A stretch of DNA of 64,000 bases from Candidatus Omnitrophica bacterium UBA6210 (GTDB taxonomy: Bacteria > Omnitrophota > Gorgyraeia > Velamenicoccales > Velamenicoccaceae): contig DISM01000006.1 of assembly GCA_002421805.1 (NCBI GenBank), positions 199,182 to 263,181 of the forward strand, given 5' to 3'. A model generated the notes under the pieces. That model saw only the letters and a program-made list of their open reading frames with translations, did not search any database and was not told where the DNA came from. The position numbers and the translations under genes were made by a program. This document shows positions 1 through 9,371 of the stretch, one piece after another; within the stretch, counting starts at the first letter, position 1, and each line of letters opens with the position of its first letter.

Positions 1-67
1 ATACCTGAAGAAACACGACACCAAAAAGTATGAAGAGCTCCTCTCAAAGCTAGGATTGCGTAAATAA
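1..67 (+). CDS. rpsO: 30S ribosomal protein S15, C-terminal fragment (5' end outside window)
   Basis: Frame 2 reads YLKKHDTKKYEELLSKLGLRK*, which matches a typical S15 C-terminus. It sits directly upstream of pnp, the conserved rpsO-pnp pair. Confidence 0.75.
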   Translation, partial: YLKKHDTKKYEELLSKLGLRK

Positions 68-69
68 TC

Positions 70-2178
70 ATGACTATGAATCCAAAAATCGAAAAAGTGG
101 AAGCCCCTTTTGGGGACAAGAATTTGATTTTATCGACGGGAAAACTGGCCAAGCAGGCCGACGGGGCCGTGACCGTGCAGATGGGCGGCACCGTAGTGCT
201 TGTGACGGCCTGCGTGTCCAAGGACATCAGGGAAGGGATAGATTTCTTTCCTTTGACCGTCGAATACCAGGAAAAGACTTATGCCGCAGGCAGGATTCCC
301 GGAGGATTCTTCAAGCGCGAAGGCCGTCCGTCGGAGAGCGAGATCCTCATCTCGCGCCTCATCGACAGGCCGGTCCGCCCCTTATTTCCATGCGGGTTCA
401 GGAATGACGTCCAGGTGATCGCCCTGGTCCTTTCCAGCGACGCGGAGAATGATCCCGATGTCCTGGCTGTCATCGGTGCGTCCGCGGCCCTGGGGATCTC
501 ACCGATTCCTTTCGAAGGGCCGATCGGCGCCGTCCGTATCGGACGCGTAGATGGCAAGCTTGTCGTCAATCCGACGTATGCCCAACGCGAGGCGAGCGAC
601 ATGGACCTGGTCGTTGTGGGCAACCGCAAAAAAGTCATTATGATCGAAGGGGAGGCCAAGGGTTTGGAAGAAGCGGCGGTTTATGAGGCCCTGAAATTCG
701 GCCACGAGCAGTTGCAGGCTTCCATTAATGCGCAGGAGGAGTTGACTAAGGCGTGCGGTCGGGAAAAGATGAGCTATGAAGACCGCGCCGTCAGCCCGGA
801 GATCGTCAAGAGCATCAAAGCCGCTTATCTGAATCGCGTGAAAGAGAATTGCAAGATCGCCCAGAAAGAAGCGCGCATGGAAGCGGTCCAGATGCTTTAT
901 AAGGACGTGACGGAACGTTTCTGTGTTGAAAAAGAGGGAGAAGACCAGGTTTGCGAGAAGGATGTCAAAGCGGCCCTGGATGAAATAGAAAGTGAAGAGA
1001 TCCGCAAGCTTGCGTTGGAAGAGAACCGCCGCGTAGACGGCCGCAAATTCGACGAGGTCCGCGCCATCAGCTGTGAGGTCGGCGCTTTGCCGCGGACGCA
1101 CGGTTCGGGATTGTTTACCCGCGGACAGACGCAGAGTTTGGCGGTGACCACCCTGGGGACGCGGGCGGATGAACAGCTTATTGAAGCCTTAGAGGGCAAG
1201 AGCTATAAAAAGTTCATGCTCCATTATAATTTTCCTCCGTTTTCTGTCGGTGAGGTCAAGCCCGTCAGGGGAGCCGGGCGGCGCGAGATCGGTCACGGGG
1301 CGCTGGCGGAAAAATCCTTAAAGGCGGTCATGCCGACGCCGGAAGAATTCCCTTACACTGTGCGTGTCGTTTCCGAGATCCTGGAATCCAACGGTTCTTC
1401 GAGCATGGCGACGGTCTGTGCATCGAGTTTGTCTTTGATGGACGCAGGCGTGCCGATCAAGGAACCGGTCGCCGGGATCGCCATGGGCCTGGTGCACGAG
1501 GGCTCCAAGCATGTGCTCCTGACGGATATTGCGGGTTTAGAGGACCATCATGGGGACATGGATTTCAAGATCGCCGGCACTCGCAAGGGGATCACGGCGA
1601 TCCAGCTGGACCTGAAGATCAGCGGTATCGATTTCGACATTATCCGCGAGGTGCTTGAGCGTTCCAAAACAGCCCGCCATTTTATCCTCGATAAGATGAC
1701 GGCCGTCCTGGAGGCGCCGCGCAAGGAGCTTTCGGAATATGCGCCGCGGATCATCCATCTGAAGATCCATCAGGAGCGGATCGGCGATCTGATCGGCCCC
1801 GGCGGCAAGAATATCCGCAAGATCATCGAGCTGACGGGCGTCGCCATCGATGTCGAGGACGACGGTTCGGTTCTCGTGGCATCGACGGACAGCGAGGCGT
1901 CCCAGAGGGCCGTCGATATGATCAAAGGCCTTACCGAAGACGCCGAGATCGGCAAGATCTACAAAGGCAAGGTCAAGCGCATCATGAATTTCGGCGCATT
2001 TGTCGAGATCCTTCCCAACAAGGAAGGGCTTTGCCATGTCTCGGAACTTGATGATAAATACGTCAAGAACGTCGAAGACGTCGTCAAGCTGGGAGACGAG
2101 TTCCCGGTGAAAGTCATCAGTATTGACGAGCTTGGCCGCATCAACTTGAGCAAAAAGCAGGCCAAGTCTGAAAAATAA
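70..2178 (+). CDS. pnp: polyribonucleotide nucleotidyltransferase (PNPase)
   Basis: 702 aa with two RNase PH-like halves. KH (IGPGGKNIRKI) and S1 (GKVKRIMNFGAFVEI) domains are at the C-terminus. Confidence 0.97.
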   Translation: MTMNPKIEKVEAPFGDKNLILSTGKLAKQADGAVTVQMGGTVVLVTACVSKDIREGIDFFPLTVEYQEKTYAAGRIPGGFFKREGRPSESEILISRLIDRPVRPLFPCGFRNDVQVIALVLSSDAENDPDVLAVIGASAALGISPIPFEGPIGAVRIGRVDGKLVVNPTYAQREASDMDLVVVGNRKKVIMIEGEAKGLEEAAVYEALKFGHEQLQASINAQEELTKACGREKMSYEDRAVSPEIVKSIKAAYLNRVKENCKIAQKEARMEAVQMLYKDVTERFCVEKEGEDQVCEKDVKAALDEIESEEIRKLALEENRRVDGRKFDEVRAISCEVGALPRTHGSGLFTRGQTQSLAVTTLGTRADEQLIEALEGKSYKKFMLHYNFPPFSVGEVKPVRGAGRREIGHGALAEKSLKAVMPTPEEFPYTVRVVSEILESNGSSSMATVCASSLSLMDAGVPIKEPVAGIAMGLVHEGSKHVLLTDIAGLEDHHGDMDFKIAGTRKGITAIQLDLKISGIDFDIIREVLERSKTARHFILDKMTAVLEAPRKELSEYAPRIIHLKIHQERIGDLIGPGGKNIRKIIELTGVAIDVEDDGSVLVASTDSEASQRAVDMIKGLTEDAEIGKIYKGKVKRIMNFGAFVEILPNKEGLCHVSELDDKYVKNVEDVVKLGDEFPVKVISIDELGRINLSKKQAKSEK

Positions 2179-2316
2179 ACCCTAAACCCTGAACGCTAAA
2201 CAAACTCAAAACTTTGCGTTTTGGATTTGTTTTCCGCCGAAGGCAGATCAGCCCTGGCCCTGGCCAGAGGCCGGGCCGAGGCTGAAAAGTTTCGAGTTTA
2301 GGGTTTCGTGTTTAGG
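2178..2316. repeat. inverted heptamer-phased arrays (AAC-type x4 versus GTTT-type x4) forming a long imperfect hairpin in the pnp-ftsK spacer
   Basis: AAC occurs at 2178, 2185, 2192 and 2199. GTTT occurs at 2289, 2296, 2303 and 2310. The arms contain CCCTAAAC and GTTTAGGG. An inner hairpin is aaacaaactcaaaac/gttttggatttgttt. Confidence 0.7.
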
Positions 2317-2324
2317 GATATGCG

Positions 2325-4556
2325 ATGAAAAGGGAACACGTTTTAGAGATAACCGGCATATTCATCTTTGCCCTGACGGTTCTCGTCCTCCTGAGTTTTG
2401 TTTCTTATCATCCGACGGACCTGTCCTTTTACACCTCTAACCCGAATATACCTCCGCAGAATCTGATCAATATCTTCGGAGCGTATCTTTCGGGTTTCTT
2501 TTTTTTCATCTTCGGTTGGGCCTCATATCTTTTTCCCGTTTTTCTTTTCCTGTGGGGTTTAAAGTTCGTCCGTGCCGAAGAGATCCGCACCAATGTCGTC
2601 AAGCTCCTGGGGATTCTGATTTTGGCTGTTTCTTTGGCCTCGTTCTTGGCGCTTTTCTTCGTGGATCAGGCGACGGCTCGTTTCGGCCGCGGCGGCATCG
2701 TGGGTCTGGTCTTTTCCGATTTCCTTATGCATTATTTCGGGCGCACCGGCGCGTATGTCATCCTCCTCATGCTGGGGCTGCTCTCCCTGCCTTTGATCGG
2801 CGAGGTCCTCGTGATCCCGTTCTTTGCTTCTTTCTTTGACCGGCTTTTGGAGCGTTTCAGCATCTGGAAAGAGGCCCGGGTCGCGTTGGGCGACAAGAAG
2901 GAGAGATCGAAGACAGCTGCGCGCCTCTCGCGGGGCGTCTTGAAGGAAAAATCCATGCCTCAGGAAAAACCGGGTATCAAGGATTTCACGGAAGGCCGCG
3001 GCGCCCCCGCCGAGAAGAAGGAAATCGATGCCGCGCCGCTTAACATTAAGATCGCCAAGCCGAAAACGGAGGCTTTGAAGGATAAAGAACCCGTCCGCGA
3101 AGTTTCCGATGAGGATTACGTCCTGCCGTCGATAGATCTCTTGGAGTCGCCTCCGCCCATTTCGATGCGCCAGATGAAGGAAGACTTGGCGGAAAACGCC
3201 AAGATCCTTGAAGACACCCTGGGCGATTTCGGTCTGAGCGTGCGTGTGGCCGATATCGAACGCGGGCCCGTGATCACGCGCTATGAGCTGGAGCCTGCTC
3301 CCGGCGTCAAGATCCAGAGGATCGTTAATCTTTCCGACGACATTGCGATGACGATGAAGGCGCCGTCCGTGCGTATCGAGGCGCCTATCCCCGGCAAAAA
3401 CCGCGTGGGCGTCGAGGTCCCCAATACGCAGACGAGCATGGTTTTTTTAAAAGAGGTTTTGACGAGCGAGGAATTTCGCCACGCCGATTCGAAGCTGACC
3501 CTGGCCATCGGCAAGGATACGGCGGGCAAGCCGATCGTGACGGACTTGGGCACCATGCCGCATTTGTTGATCGCAGGGACCACGGGTTCCGGCAAGACGG
3601 TCTGCGTCAACGGCATTATCATGTCCATCCTTTTTAACGCGACGCCTTCGGATGTAAAGTTCCTGATGGTGGACCCCAAGATGGTGGAATTGGCCCCCTA
3701 CAACGGCCTGCCGCATATGTTGTGCCCCGTCGTGACGGATCCCAAAAAAGTGGCGACGGCCCTGACATGGGTCACCTCCGAGATGGACGAACGCTACCAA
3801 CTTTTGGCCAAAGAAGGCGTGCGCAACATTGAGGCCTATAACCAGCGCAAGCAAAAGCTTCCTTACATCATTGTGTTCATCGATGAGCTGGCGGATTTGA
3901 TGATGGTGGTCCGCGACCAGGTGGAAAGCGCCATCGCCAGGCTCGCCCAGTTGTCCAGGGCTGTCGGCATCCATCTGGTCCTGGCGACACAGAGGCCTTC
4001 CGTGGATGTCATCACGGGCGTGATCAAGGCGAATTTCCCGGCGCGTATTTCTTTCAAAGTCGCCTCCAAAGTGGATTCCCGCACGGTTCTGGATATGAAC
4101 GGCGCGGACAAGCTTTTGGGCCGCGGCGATCTTCTGTTCCTCGAGCCGGGTCAGGCCAAACCGATCCGTGCGCAAAGCTCTTATGTGAAGGATGCGGAGA
4201 TCGAAAAGGTCCTTGAGTTTATCAAGAAACAGGCCCAGCCTGTTTATGACGAGACGATCCTGAAGATCCAGGACCAGGCGCAGCTCGGCGGCGCATTGGA
4301 GAAAGATGAGCTTTATGACACGGCGGCGAAGCTGGTGATCGAGACCGGGCAGGCATCTGTTTCTATTATCCAGAGGCGCCTGCGTTTGGGCTATACGCGC
4401 GCCGCACGCCTGATCGATATGATGGAACAGGAGGGGTTGGTTGGGCCTTATGTGGGTTCCAAGCCCAGGGATATCCTTGTGGACAGGGAGCAATGGCTTA
4501 AAGACCGGATGGCCAAAGAGAGGTCAAATGAGGCCGAGACTTATGGAGCGCAGTGA
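2325..4556 (+). CDS. ftsK: DNA translocase FtsK
   Basis: 743 aa. N-terminal TM helices, Walker A IAGTTGSGKTV, and a C-terminal gamma winged-helix (IIQRRLRLGYTRAARLID). Confidence 0.95.
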   Translation: MKREHVLEITGIFIFALTVLVLLSFVSYHPTDLSFYTSNPNIPPQNLINIFGAYLSGFFFFIFGWASYLFPVFLFLWGLKFVRAEEIRTNVVKLLGILILAVSLASFLALFFVDQATARFGRGGIVGLVFSDFLMHYFGRTGAYVILLMLGLLSLPLIGEVLVIPFFASFFDRLLERFSIWKEARVALGDKKERSKTAARLSRGVLKEKSMPQEKPGIKDFTEGRGAPAEKKEIDAAPLNIKIAKPKTEALKDKEPVREVSDEDYVLPSIDLLESPPPISMRQMKEDLAENAKILEDTLGDFGLSVRVADIERGPVITRYELEPAPGVKIQRIVNLSDDIAMTMKAPSVRIEAPIPGKNRVGVEVPNTQTSMVFLKEVLTSEEFRHADSKLTLAIGKDTAGKPIVTDLGTMPHLLIAGTTGSGKTVCVNGIIMSILFNATPSDVKFLMVDPKMVELAPYNGLPHMLCPVVTDPKKVATALTWVTSEMDERYQLLAKEGVRNIEAYNQRKQKLPYIIVFIDELADLMMVVRDQVESAIARLAQLSRAVGIHLVLATQRPSVDVITGVIKANFPARISFKVASKVDSRTVLDMNGADKLLGRGDLLFLEPGQAKPIRAQSSYVKDAEIEKVLEFIKKQAQPVYDETILKIQDQAQLGGALEKDELYDTAAKLVIETGQASVSIIQRRLRLGYTRAARLIDMMEQEGLVGPYVGSKPRDILVDREQWLKDRMAKERSNEAETYGAQ

Positions 4557-4580
4557 ACATAAGTCTGTCGGCCGAATTTG

Positions 4581-4748
4581 ACCCAGCACCAATTTTACTG
4601 ATACGTTTTTTTGTGAAGATGGCTTCGGTGGGAAGAGAAGCCTCGATGGTTAAGGTCAGGATGTTCCAGCAAAATTAGTGCTGGGTTTCATTCGCGCAAA
4701 TCATTTACGCCGTAGCGAATGAAATGGAGCGCTCCGTAAATGATGCGC
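4581..4748 (+). other. highly structured spacer or leader upstream of rodZ (candidate cis-regulatory or small RNA, class unknown)
   Basis: 4581-4596 pairs with 4671-4686 at 15 of 16 positions. There is a 9-bp stem 4687-4695/4715-4723. Its loop (4694-4709) pairs with 4735-4748 in a pseudoknot-like arrangement. Confidence 0.35.
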
Positions 4749-4767
4749 TCATGAAAGGTGGATCCGG

Positions 4768-5625
4768 ATGCCGGACAGCAAGTTCATAAAATCCGCCGGA
4801 GCGATGCTCAGGGAAACGCGCGAATCAAAAGGGATCTCCTTAGAGGAAGCGAGCCGGGCGACGCATATTCATGTCAATGTGCTCAAGAAGATCGAAGCGG
4901 ACGATTTTTCTTCCATAGGCACGGTTTATGCCAAGGGATTCCTGAAGATCTACGCGGAGTTTCTCGGCTTGGACAAGAGCGATATCGTCGAGCGTTTTGC
5001 CGGCGCCGTTCCTGCGTCCCAGCGGACCAGGGCCGTCCAGAAGGTGATCATCCCCGGGACAACGTCGCCGTCTGCGGAAAAAAATCTTTTTTCTTCGGCT
5101 CTTGAGAGCGTCGTTTCTGTCATTAAAAAAATAGATATGAAGATCATTGTGATCGTTGTGCTGTGCGTTGTCGTTTTCTGGGGCTTCAGGGCACTTTGGC
5201 GCGTCGTGGCCCGCAGGGATGCCAGGAAACCGGCGGCACAAGTCAGGCTTTCAGAAAAGCCGCGCACCGTTACGGAAAAAAAGAGCGTCGTTGAGCCTAA
5301 AAAGAAGGCGGCCTCAGCCGCCCCGGAAAAGACAGTGGTAAGCGCACCGGTCCCTGTCGTTGCTGAAAAAGTCGTTCTTGTCGTTCGCGCCCGAGCCAAG
5401 ACCTGGCTCCAGGTGAAGGTGGACGGCAGGGTTGTTTTCCAGAGTGTCCTGGCGCGCGGCGCGGCCGAGAGCTGGACTGCGGCCAAGAAGATCGAGATGG
5501 TGATCGGAAACGCGGGCGCTGTCGAACTGGAATTGAACGGCAGGATCTTGGAGAGGATCGGCCGGCCGGGACAGACGCTTAAGCATGTCGTTGTCACACG
5601 GGACGGGCTCACCGTCAACAAATAA
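4768..5625 (+). CDS. rodZ: RodZ-like cytoskeleton protein (N-terminal HTH, TM, C-terminal DUF4115-like domain)
   Basis: HTH region LRETRESKGISLEEASRATHIHVNVLKKIE, a single TM, a K/P/A-rich linker, and a C-terminal beta domain (WLQVKVDGRVVF). Confidence 0.8.
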   Translation: MPDSKFIKSAGAMLRETRESKGISLEEASRATHIHVNVLKKIEADDFSSIGTVYAKGFLKIYAEFLGLDKSDIVERFAGAVPASQRTRAVQKVIIPGTTSPSAEKNLFSSALESVVSVIKKIDMKIIVIVVLCVVVFWGFRALWRVVARRDARKPAAQVRLSEKPRTVTEKKSVVEPKKKAASAAPEKTVVSAPVPVVAEKVVLVVRARAKTWLQVKVDGRVVFQSVLARGAAESWTAAKKIEMVIGNAGAVELELNGRILERIGRPGQTLKHVVVTRDGLTVNK

Positions 5626-5676
5626 TCCTTCCTCGTCCGGCCAGCCATGCCCTCCCATGGTTGAAGAATATCCAAT

Positions 5677-6978
5677 ATGATGAACGATCCTTTGGGGGAT
5701 TTTGATTTCAGGGGCAAGAAGACGGCCATCGTGAGCCTGGGCTGCGCCCGTAATACCGTTGATTCGCAGGTATTTCTGCGGGAGGCCAGGCGGCGTGGCG
5801 CCGTCATTTGTCCCCCCGAAGACGCTCGCGTGGTCATGATTAATACTTGCGGTTTCACCCGTGAGGCCAAGGAAGAATCGCTGGGCGTCATTGCGGAGTG
5901 GCTCGACCATAAAAAGAAAAGGAAGGTCGAGAATGTCCTTGTTTTGGGGTGTCTGGCCCAGCGTTATCGGAAAGACATCCGCGAGGGCTACAAGGATATT
6001 GATGTCGTCGGCGGGCTTGTGCAGGAAGCGGACGGGCGGGACCTCGGTGGTTCGCCTGTTCTTTTGACGCCTCGCCATTACGCGTATCTGAAAATATCCG
6101 AAGGGTGCGACAACCGTTGCGCCTATTGCGCGATCCCTTTGATCAAAGGGCGTTCCAAGAGCCGTTCTGAGGCCGAGATCATCGCCGAGGCTGTCCGGCT
6201 GGAGCGTTGCGGTGTCCGGGAGCTGAATATCGTCGGCCAGGATATCACCCTTTATGGTTGTGACGGCCGCACGTTGCGGCCAGGCCTGCCGCTGGTCGGA
6301 TTGGTGGAAAAGATCCTGCGCGCGACCTCCATTCCCTGGATCAGGCTGATGTATCTCCATCCGCAAAGGGTCGGGGAGGATGTGATGGACCTTTTGGGCC
6401 GGCAGAAACGTCTGTGTCCTTACGTCGATCTGCCGCTGCAGCATATCAATGACCGCATCCTCAAGCATATGGGGCGGCCGACGACGCGGCGGGATATTGT
6501 CCGGTTGATCTCGGGGTTACGGAAAAAGGTTGCGTCTCTTGCGCTTCGCACGACGTTCATCGTGGGTTTTCCGGGCGAGACGAAAAAGGAATTTCGGGAG
6601 CTTCTGGAATTTGTCCGGGAGACGCGTTTCGACAAGCTCGGTGCATTTATGTTCTCCCGGGAAGAAGGCACCCGGGCCTACGCTTGCCGCGGGCAGGTGC
6701 CGCAGAAAGAAAAACAGAGACGCTATCACGATCTGATGGAGATGCAGAAAGGCATCTCCTTATCGCTGCTTGAAAAAAAGATCGGCATGACGACGCAGGT
6801 CCTGGTGGAAGAAACTACGCGCGACCGCCGGATGTATCTGGCGCGCACGCCCTGGGACGCGCCGGAGGTCGATGGCTTGATGTATTTGACGTCTTCGAGA
6901 AAGCTCGAGCCGGGCCAGATCGTCGAATGCCGCATCACCGACGCCTTTGAATATGACCTGGCGGGGGAGACCTTATGA
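5677..6978 (+). CDS. rimO: ribosomal protein S12 methylthiotransferase RimO
   Basis: N-terminal LGCARNTVDS motif, radical-SAM CDNRCAYCAIP cluster, and a C-terminal TRAM-like domain. Confidence 0.9.
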   Translation: MMNDPLGDFDFRGKKTAIVSLGCARNTVDSQVFLREARRRGAVICPPEDARVVMINTCGFTREAKEESLGVIAEWLDHKKKRKVENVLVLGCLAQRYRKDIREGYKDIDVVGGLVQEADGRDLGGSPVLLTPRHYAYLKISEGCDNRCAYCAIPLIKGRSKSRSEAEIIAEAVRLERCGVRELNIVGQDITLYGCDGRTLRPGLPLVGLVEKILRATSIPWIRLMYLHPQRVGEDVMDLLGRQKRLCPYVDLPLQHINDRILKHMGRPTTRRDIVRLISGLRKKVASLALRTTFIVGFPGETKKEFRELLEFVRETRFDKLGAFMFSREEGTRAYACRGQVPQKEKQRRYHDLMEMQKGISLSLLEKKIGMTTQVLVEETTRDRRMYLARTPWDAPEVDGLMYLTSSRKLEPGQIVECRITDAFEYDLAGETL

Positions 6979-7553
6979 ACTTGCCCAATTATTTGACCTT
7001 ATCTCGCATCGTTTTGACCTTTGTGATCATGGCGCTTCTCTTCACGAAAAATTTTGCCATGACCTGTGCGGCTTTCCTTGTGTTTTTGGCGGCCTGCGTG
7101 ACGGACCTTCTGGACGGGTGGGTGGCCCGCAAAAAAGGCCTTATTTCCGATTTCGGCAAGATCATGGACCCTCTTGCGGACAAGGTTCTGGTGGTCGGGT
7201 TGTTTTTGACTTTTGTGCAGCTGCAGCTGGTAGGGGCCTGGGTGGTTGTCGTTATCATTGTGCGCGAATTCCTGATTACCGGGATGAGGATTTTTGCACT
7301 TCGTCACGGCGTGGTTCTGGCCGCGGAGAACGCCGGCAAGCATAAGACTGTTTCCCAGATGGCGGCGATCACCTGTATCCTCATTTTTCTTATTCTCAAG
7401 GAGTCGGGGCCATATTTTTCTTTCTGGAACGAAACACTTGAATCCTATTTCCGCACGGGTATTCATGTCATGATCGGCTTGGCCGTGTTTTTCACGGTTT
7501 ATTCCGGCATGGTCTATCTCTGGCGGAACCGCCATCTGATCAGGACGCTATGA
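6975..7553 (+). CDS. pgsA: CDP-diacylglycerol--glycerol-3-phosphate 3-phosphatidyltransferase
   Basis: CDP-alcohol phosphatidyltransferase motif DLLDGWVARK...GKIMDPLADK. ATGA overlap with rimO. Confidence 0.9.
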   Translation: MNLPNYLTLSRIVLTFVIMALLFTKNFAMTCAAFLVFLAACVTDLLDGWVARKKGLISDFGKIMDPLADKVLVVGLFLTFVQLQLVGAWVVVVIIVREFLITGMRIFALRHGVVLAAENAGKHKTVSQMAAITCILIFLILKESGPYFSFWNETLESYFRTGIHVMIGLAVFFTVYSGMVYLWRNRHLIRTL

Positions 7554-8005
7554 AGAGGCATCTGATCAAGCTGCTGTCCACTTTTTTCTATCTCGGTGAA
7601 ATGCCGTTGGCACCGGGCACATGGGGAAGTCTGGGCGGGACGCTCTTGTATCTGGCCCTGGGTCTTGAAACGACGATCGGGCATGTGTGCGTTTTTGCGG
7701 CTGTGACGATCGTCGGGTTCCTTGTCGCCGGCCGCGCGGAGGCCATTTTTGGGACAAAAGACCCCAAGCCCGTCGTTATCGATGAGGTCGCTGGGATTTT
7801 TTTGGTTTTTTTCGGCCTGAATCTGACATGGCCCGTGGTTGTGCTTGGATTTGTCTTATACCGTCTCTTTGATATTTTGAAACCGCCTCCGGCCAGACGG
7901 CTTGAAAAGCTTCCGGGCAGCGCGGGCATCATGCTCGATGACCTTCTGTGCGGGTGCTACGCACAGGTGGCTTTGCGCTTGTTCGGGATGTTGACAGGAT
8001 TTTAA
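7550..8005 (+). CDS. pgpA: phosphatidylglycerophosphatase A
   Basis: PgpA-like sequence (GTWGSLGG...DEVAG...DILKPPP). ATGA overlap with pgsA. Confidence 0.85.
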   Translation: MKRHLIKLLSTFFYLGEMPLAPGTWGSLGGTLLYLALGLETTIGHVCVFAAVTIVGFLVAGRAEAIFGTKDPKPVVIDEVAGIFLVFFGLNLTWPVVVLGFVLYRLFDILKPPPARRLEKLPGSAGIMLDDLLCGCYAQVALRLFGMLTGF

Positions 8006-8216
8006 GGCCGTGCAGGCAAGTAAAAATGACTTGCTCTGAAAATTCCTTTTGGTTACAATGTTATTACTTTATATGAGTTAGATGATACTCTAAAGGCCTC
8101 TGTCGTGCCCGGACGGAGGAGGTGTAGGTCTTCTTTTATTGTTAAACAGGTCAGGTTTTTCCGGGGCGGACATAGCCCGAATGGGCTAACCCGAAGATGT
8201 TACAGAGAAAGGGCAT

Positions 8217-9365
8217 ATGGCTTTTGACCAAGATAGGGGTGGTATAGAGCGCAGGCAGGAAGTCCGTCAGGAAACGCTGGATATGGTCTATAATTTTATC
8301 CGGCGTGGCATCAAAGAACGGGCGACGGATATCCATTGGGAGCCTATCGTGGACTCCGGAGAGGAAGAGATCGTCGTCCGCTTCAGGGTCGACGGTATTT
8401 TAAAAGACATTGAGCGTATCAATCATGAAAAGACAAGACTTGGCTCTCTGATTAATGCCATCAAGATTATGGCGACGATGGACCCGACCAAGAGGCGGCG
8501 CGAGCAAGACGGCAGGTTCACATTTTTATTTGAGAACGTGGAATACGACGTCAGGGTCGCGACCATGCCGACCATCCTGGGTGAAAAGATCGTCATGCGG
8601 CTGATGGACCGCAATAAATACTGCATGAACCTGGATGACCTGGGGATGTCGCAGGATATCCAGCACTGTCTTGACGATATGATTTACAAGCCCGAAGGAT
8701 TCGTTGTGATCAGCGGGCCCACGGGTTCCGGCAAGACGACGAGCTTGTATTCGATCCTGAAACATATTTATACGCGTGAGAAGAATATTTGCACGATCGA
8801 AGATCCCGTGGAAGTGAAGTTTATGGGGATCAATCAGATCCAGGTAGACCATGAGTTCGGCATGACTTTTGTTTCGGGATTGCGCGCCATCATGCGCCAG
8901 GACCCGAATATCATCGCGGTCGGCGAGATCCGGGATGTCGAGACCGTGCGCACCGCCCTTCAGGCGGCGCTGGCGGGTTCGATGATCTTCTCGACGCTGC
9001 ATGCCCGCGACGCCGTCAATACGATCGTGCGGCTCCTGGACATGGGCGTTGAGCCTTTCTTCTTGGCAACGGCCCTGACGGGTGTCGTGACGCAGCGCCT
9101 GGTGAGACTCGTGTGCAAGATCTGCAAGGGAAAAGGCTGTATGCAGTGTGCCAATACCGGCTACAAGAGGCGCACCGGGATCTTTGAGGTGCTGCGCATC
9201 AACGAGCCTTTGCGCCAGCTGATCCTTCAAAAGGCTTCGGCAAATGAATTGCGGACAGCCGCCTTGGAGCAGGGGATGATGCCTTTCTCCAAGTCCATCG
9301 AGCCTCTCATCGCTCAGGGGGCGACGACCAAAGAAGAAGTAGACCGCGTCCTCGCGCTGGAGTAG
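8217..9365 (+). CDS. GspE/PilB-family secretion/pilus ATPase core lacking the N1 (MshEN/T2SSE_N) domain
   Basis: Starts at the ATDIHWEP...RFRVDG segment. Has Walker A GPTGSGKTT, VGEIRD, TLHARDA, RLLDMGVEPFF and a CKICKGKGCMQC Cys cluster. Confidence 0.85.
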   Translation: MAFDQDRGGIERRQEVRQETLDMVYNFIRRGIKERATDIHWEPIVDSGEEEIVVRFRVDGILKDIERINHEKTRLGSLINAIKIMATMDPTKRRREQDGRFTFLFENVEYDVRVATMPTILGEKIVMRLMDRNKYCMNLDDLGMSQDIQHCLDDMIYKPEGFVVISGPTGSGKTTSLYSILKHIYTREKNICTIEDPVEVKFMGINQIQVDHEFGMTFVSGLRAIMRQDPNIIAVGEIRDVETVRTALQAALAGSMIFSTLHARDAVNTIVRLLDMGVEPFFLATALTGVVTQRLVRLVCKICKGKGCMQCANTGYKRRTGIFEVLRINEPLRQLILQKASANELRTAALEQGMMPFSKSIEPLIAQGATTKEEVDRVLALE

Positions 9366-9371
9366 TTTCTC

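Noticed and set aside
65-72. Only 2 nt separate the rpsO stop and the pnp start, so there is no autoregulatory leader like the one in E. coli
   Set aside because: It is real in the sequence. However, tight rpsO-pnp spacing may be normal outside Enterobacteria, and without comparative data it is not evidence of anything unusual.
2178-2316. TTTAGGG/CCCTAAA words resemble plant-type telomere repeats
   Set aside because: There are only 2-4 degenerate units per arm, arranged as an inverted repeat inside a bacterial operon spacer between pnp and ftsK. This is not a chromosome end, so I treat the resemblance as coincidental.
4597-4670. Possible SRP (4.5S) RNA, because of an aaGGUCAGGa segment
   Set aside because: The hairpin apex is a 12-nt loop rather than a GNRA tetraloop. 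The conserved GGAAGCAGCC 3' strand of domain IV is absent.
5314-6468. A 384-aa ORF on the - strand, antisense to rimO
   Set aside because: It lies entirely inside a confidently identified + strand gene. It has Arg/Pro/Gly/Asp-rich low-complexity composition with no recognisable motifs. This is typical of spurious antisense ORFs in GC-rich coding DNA.
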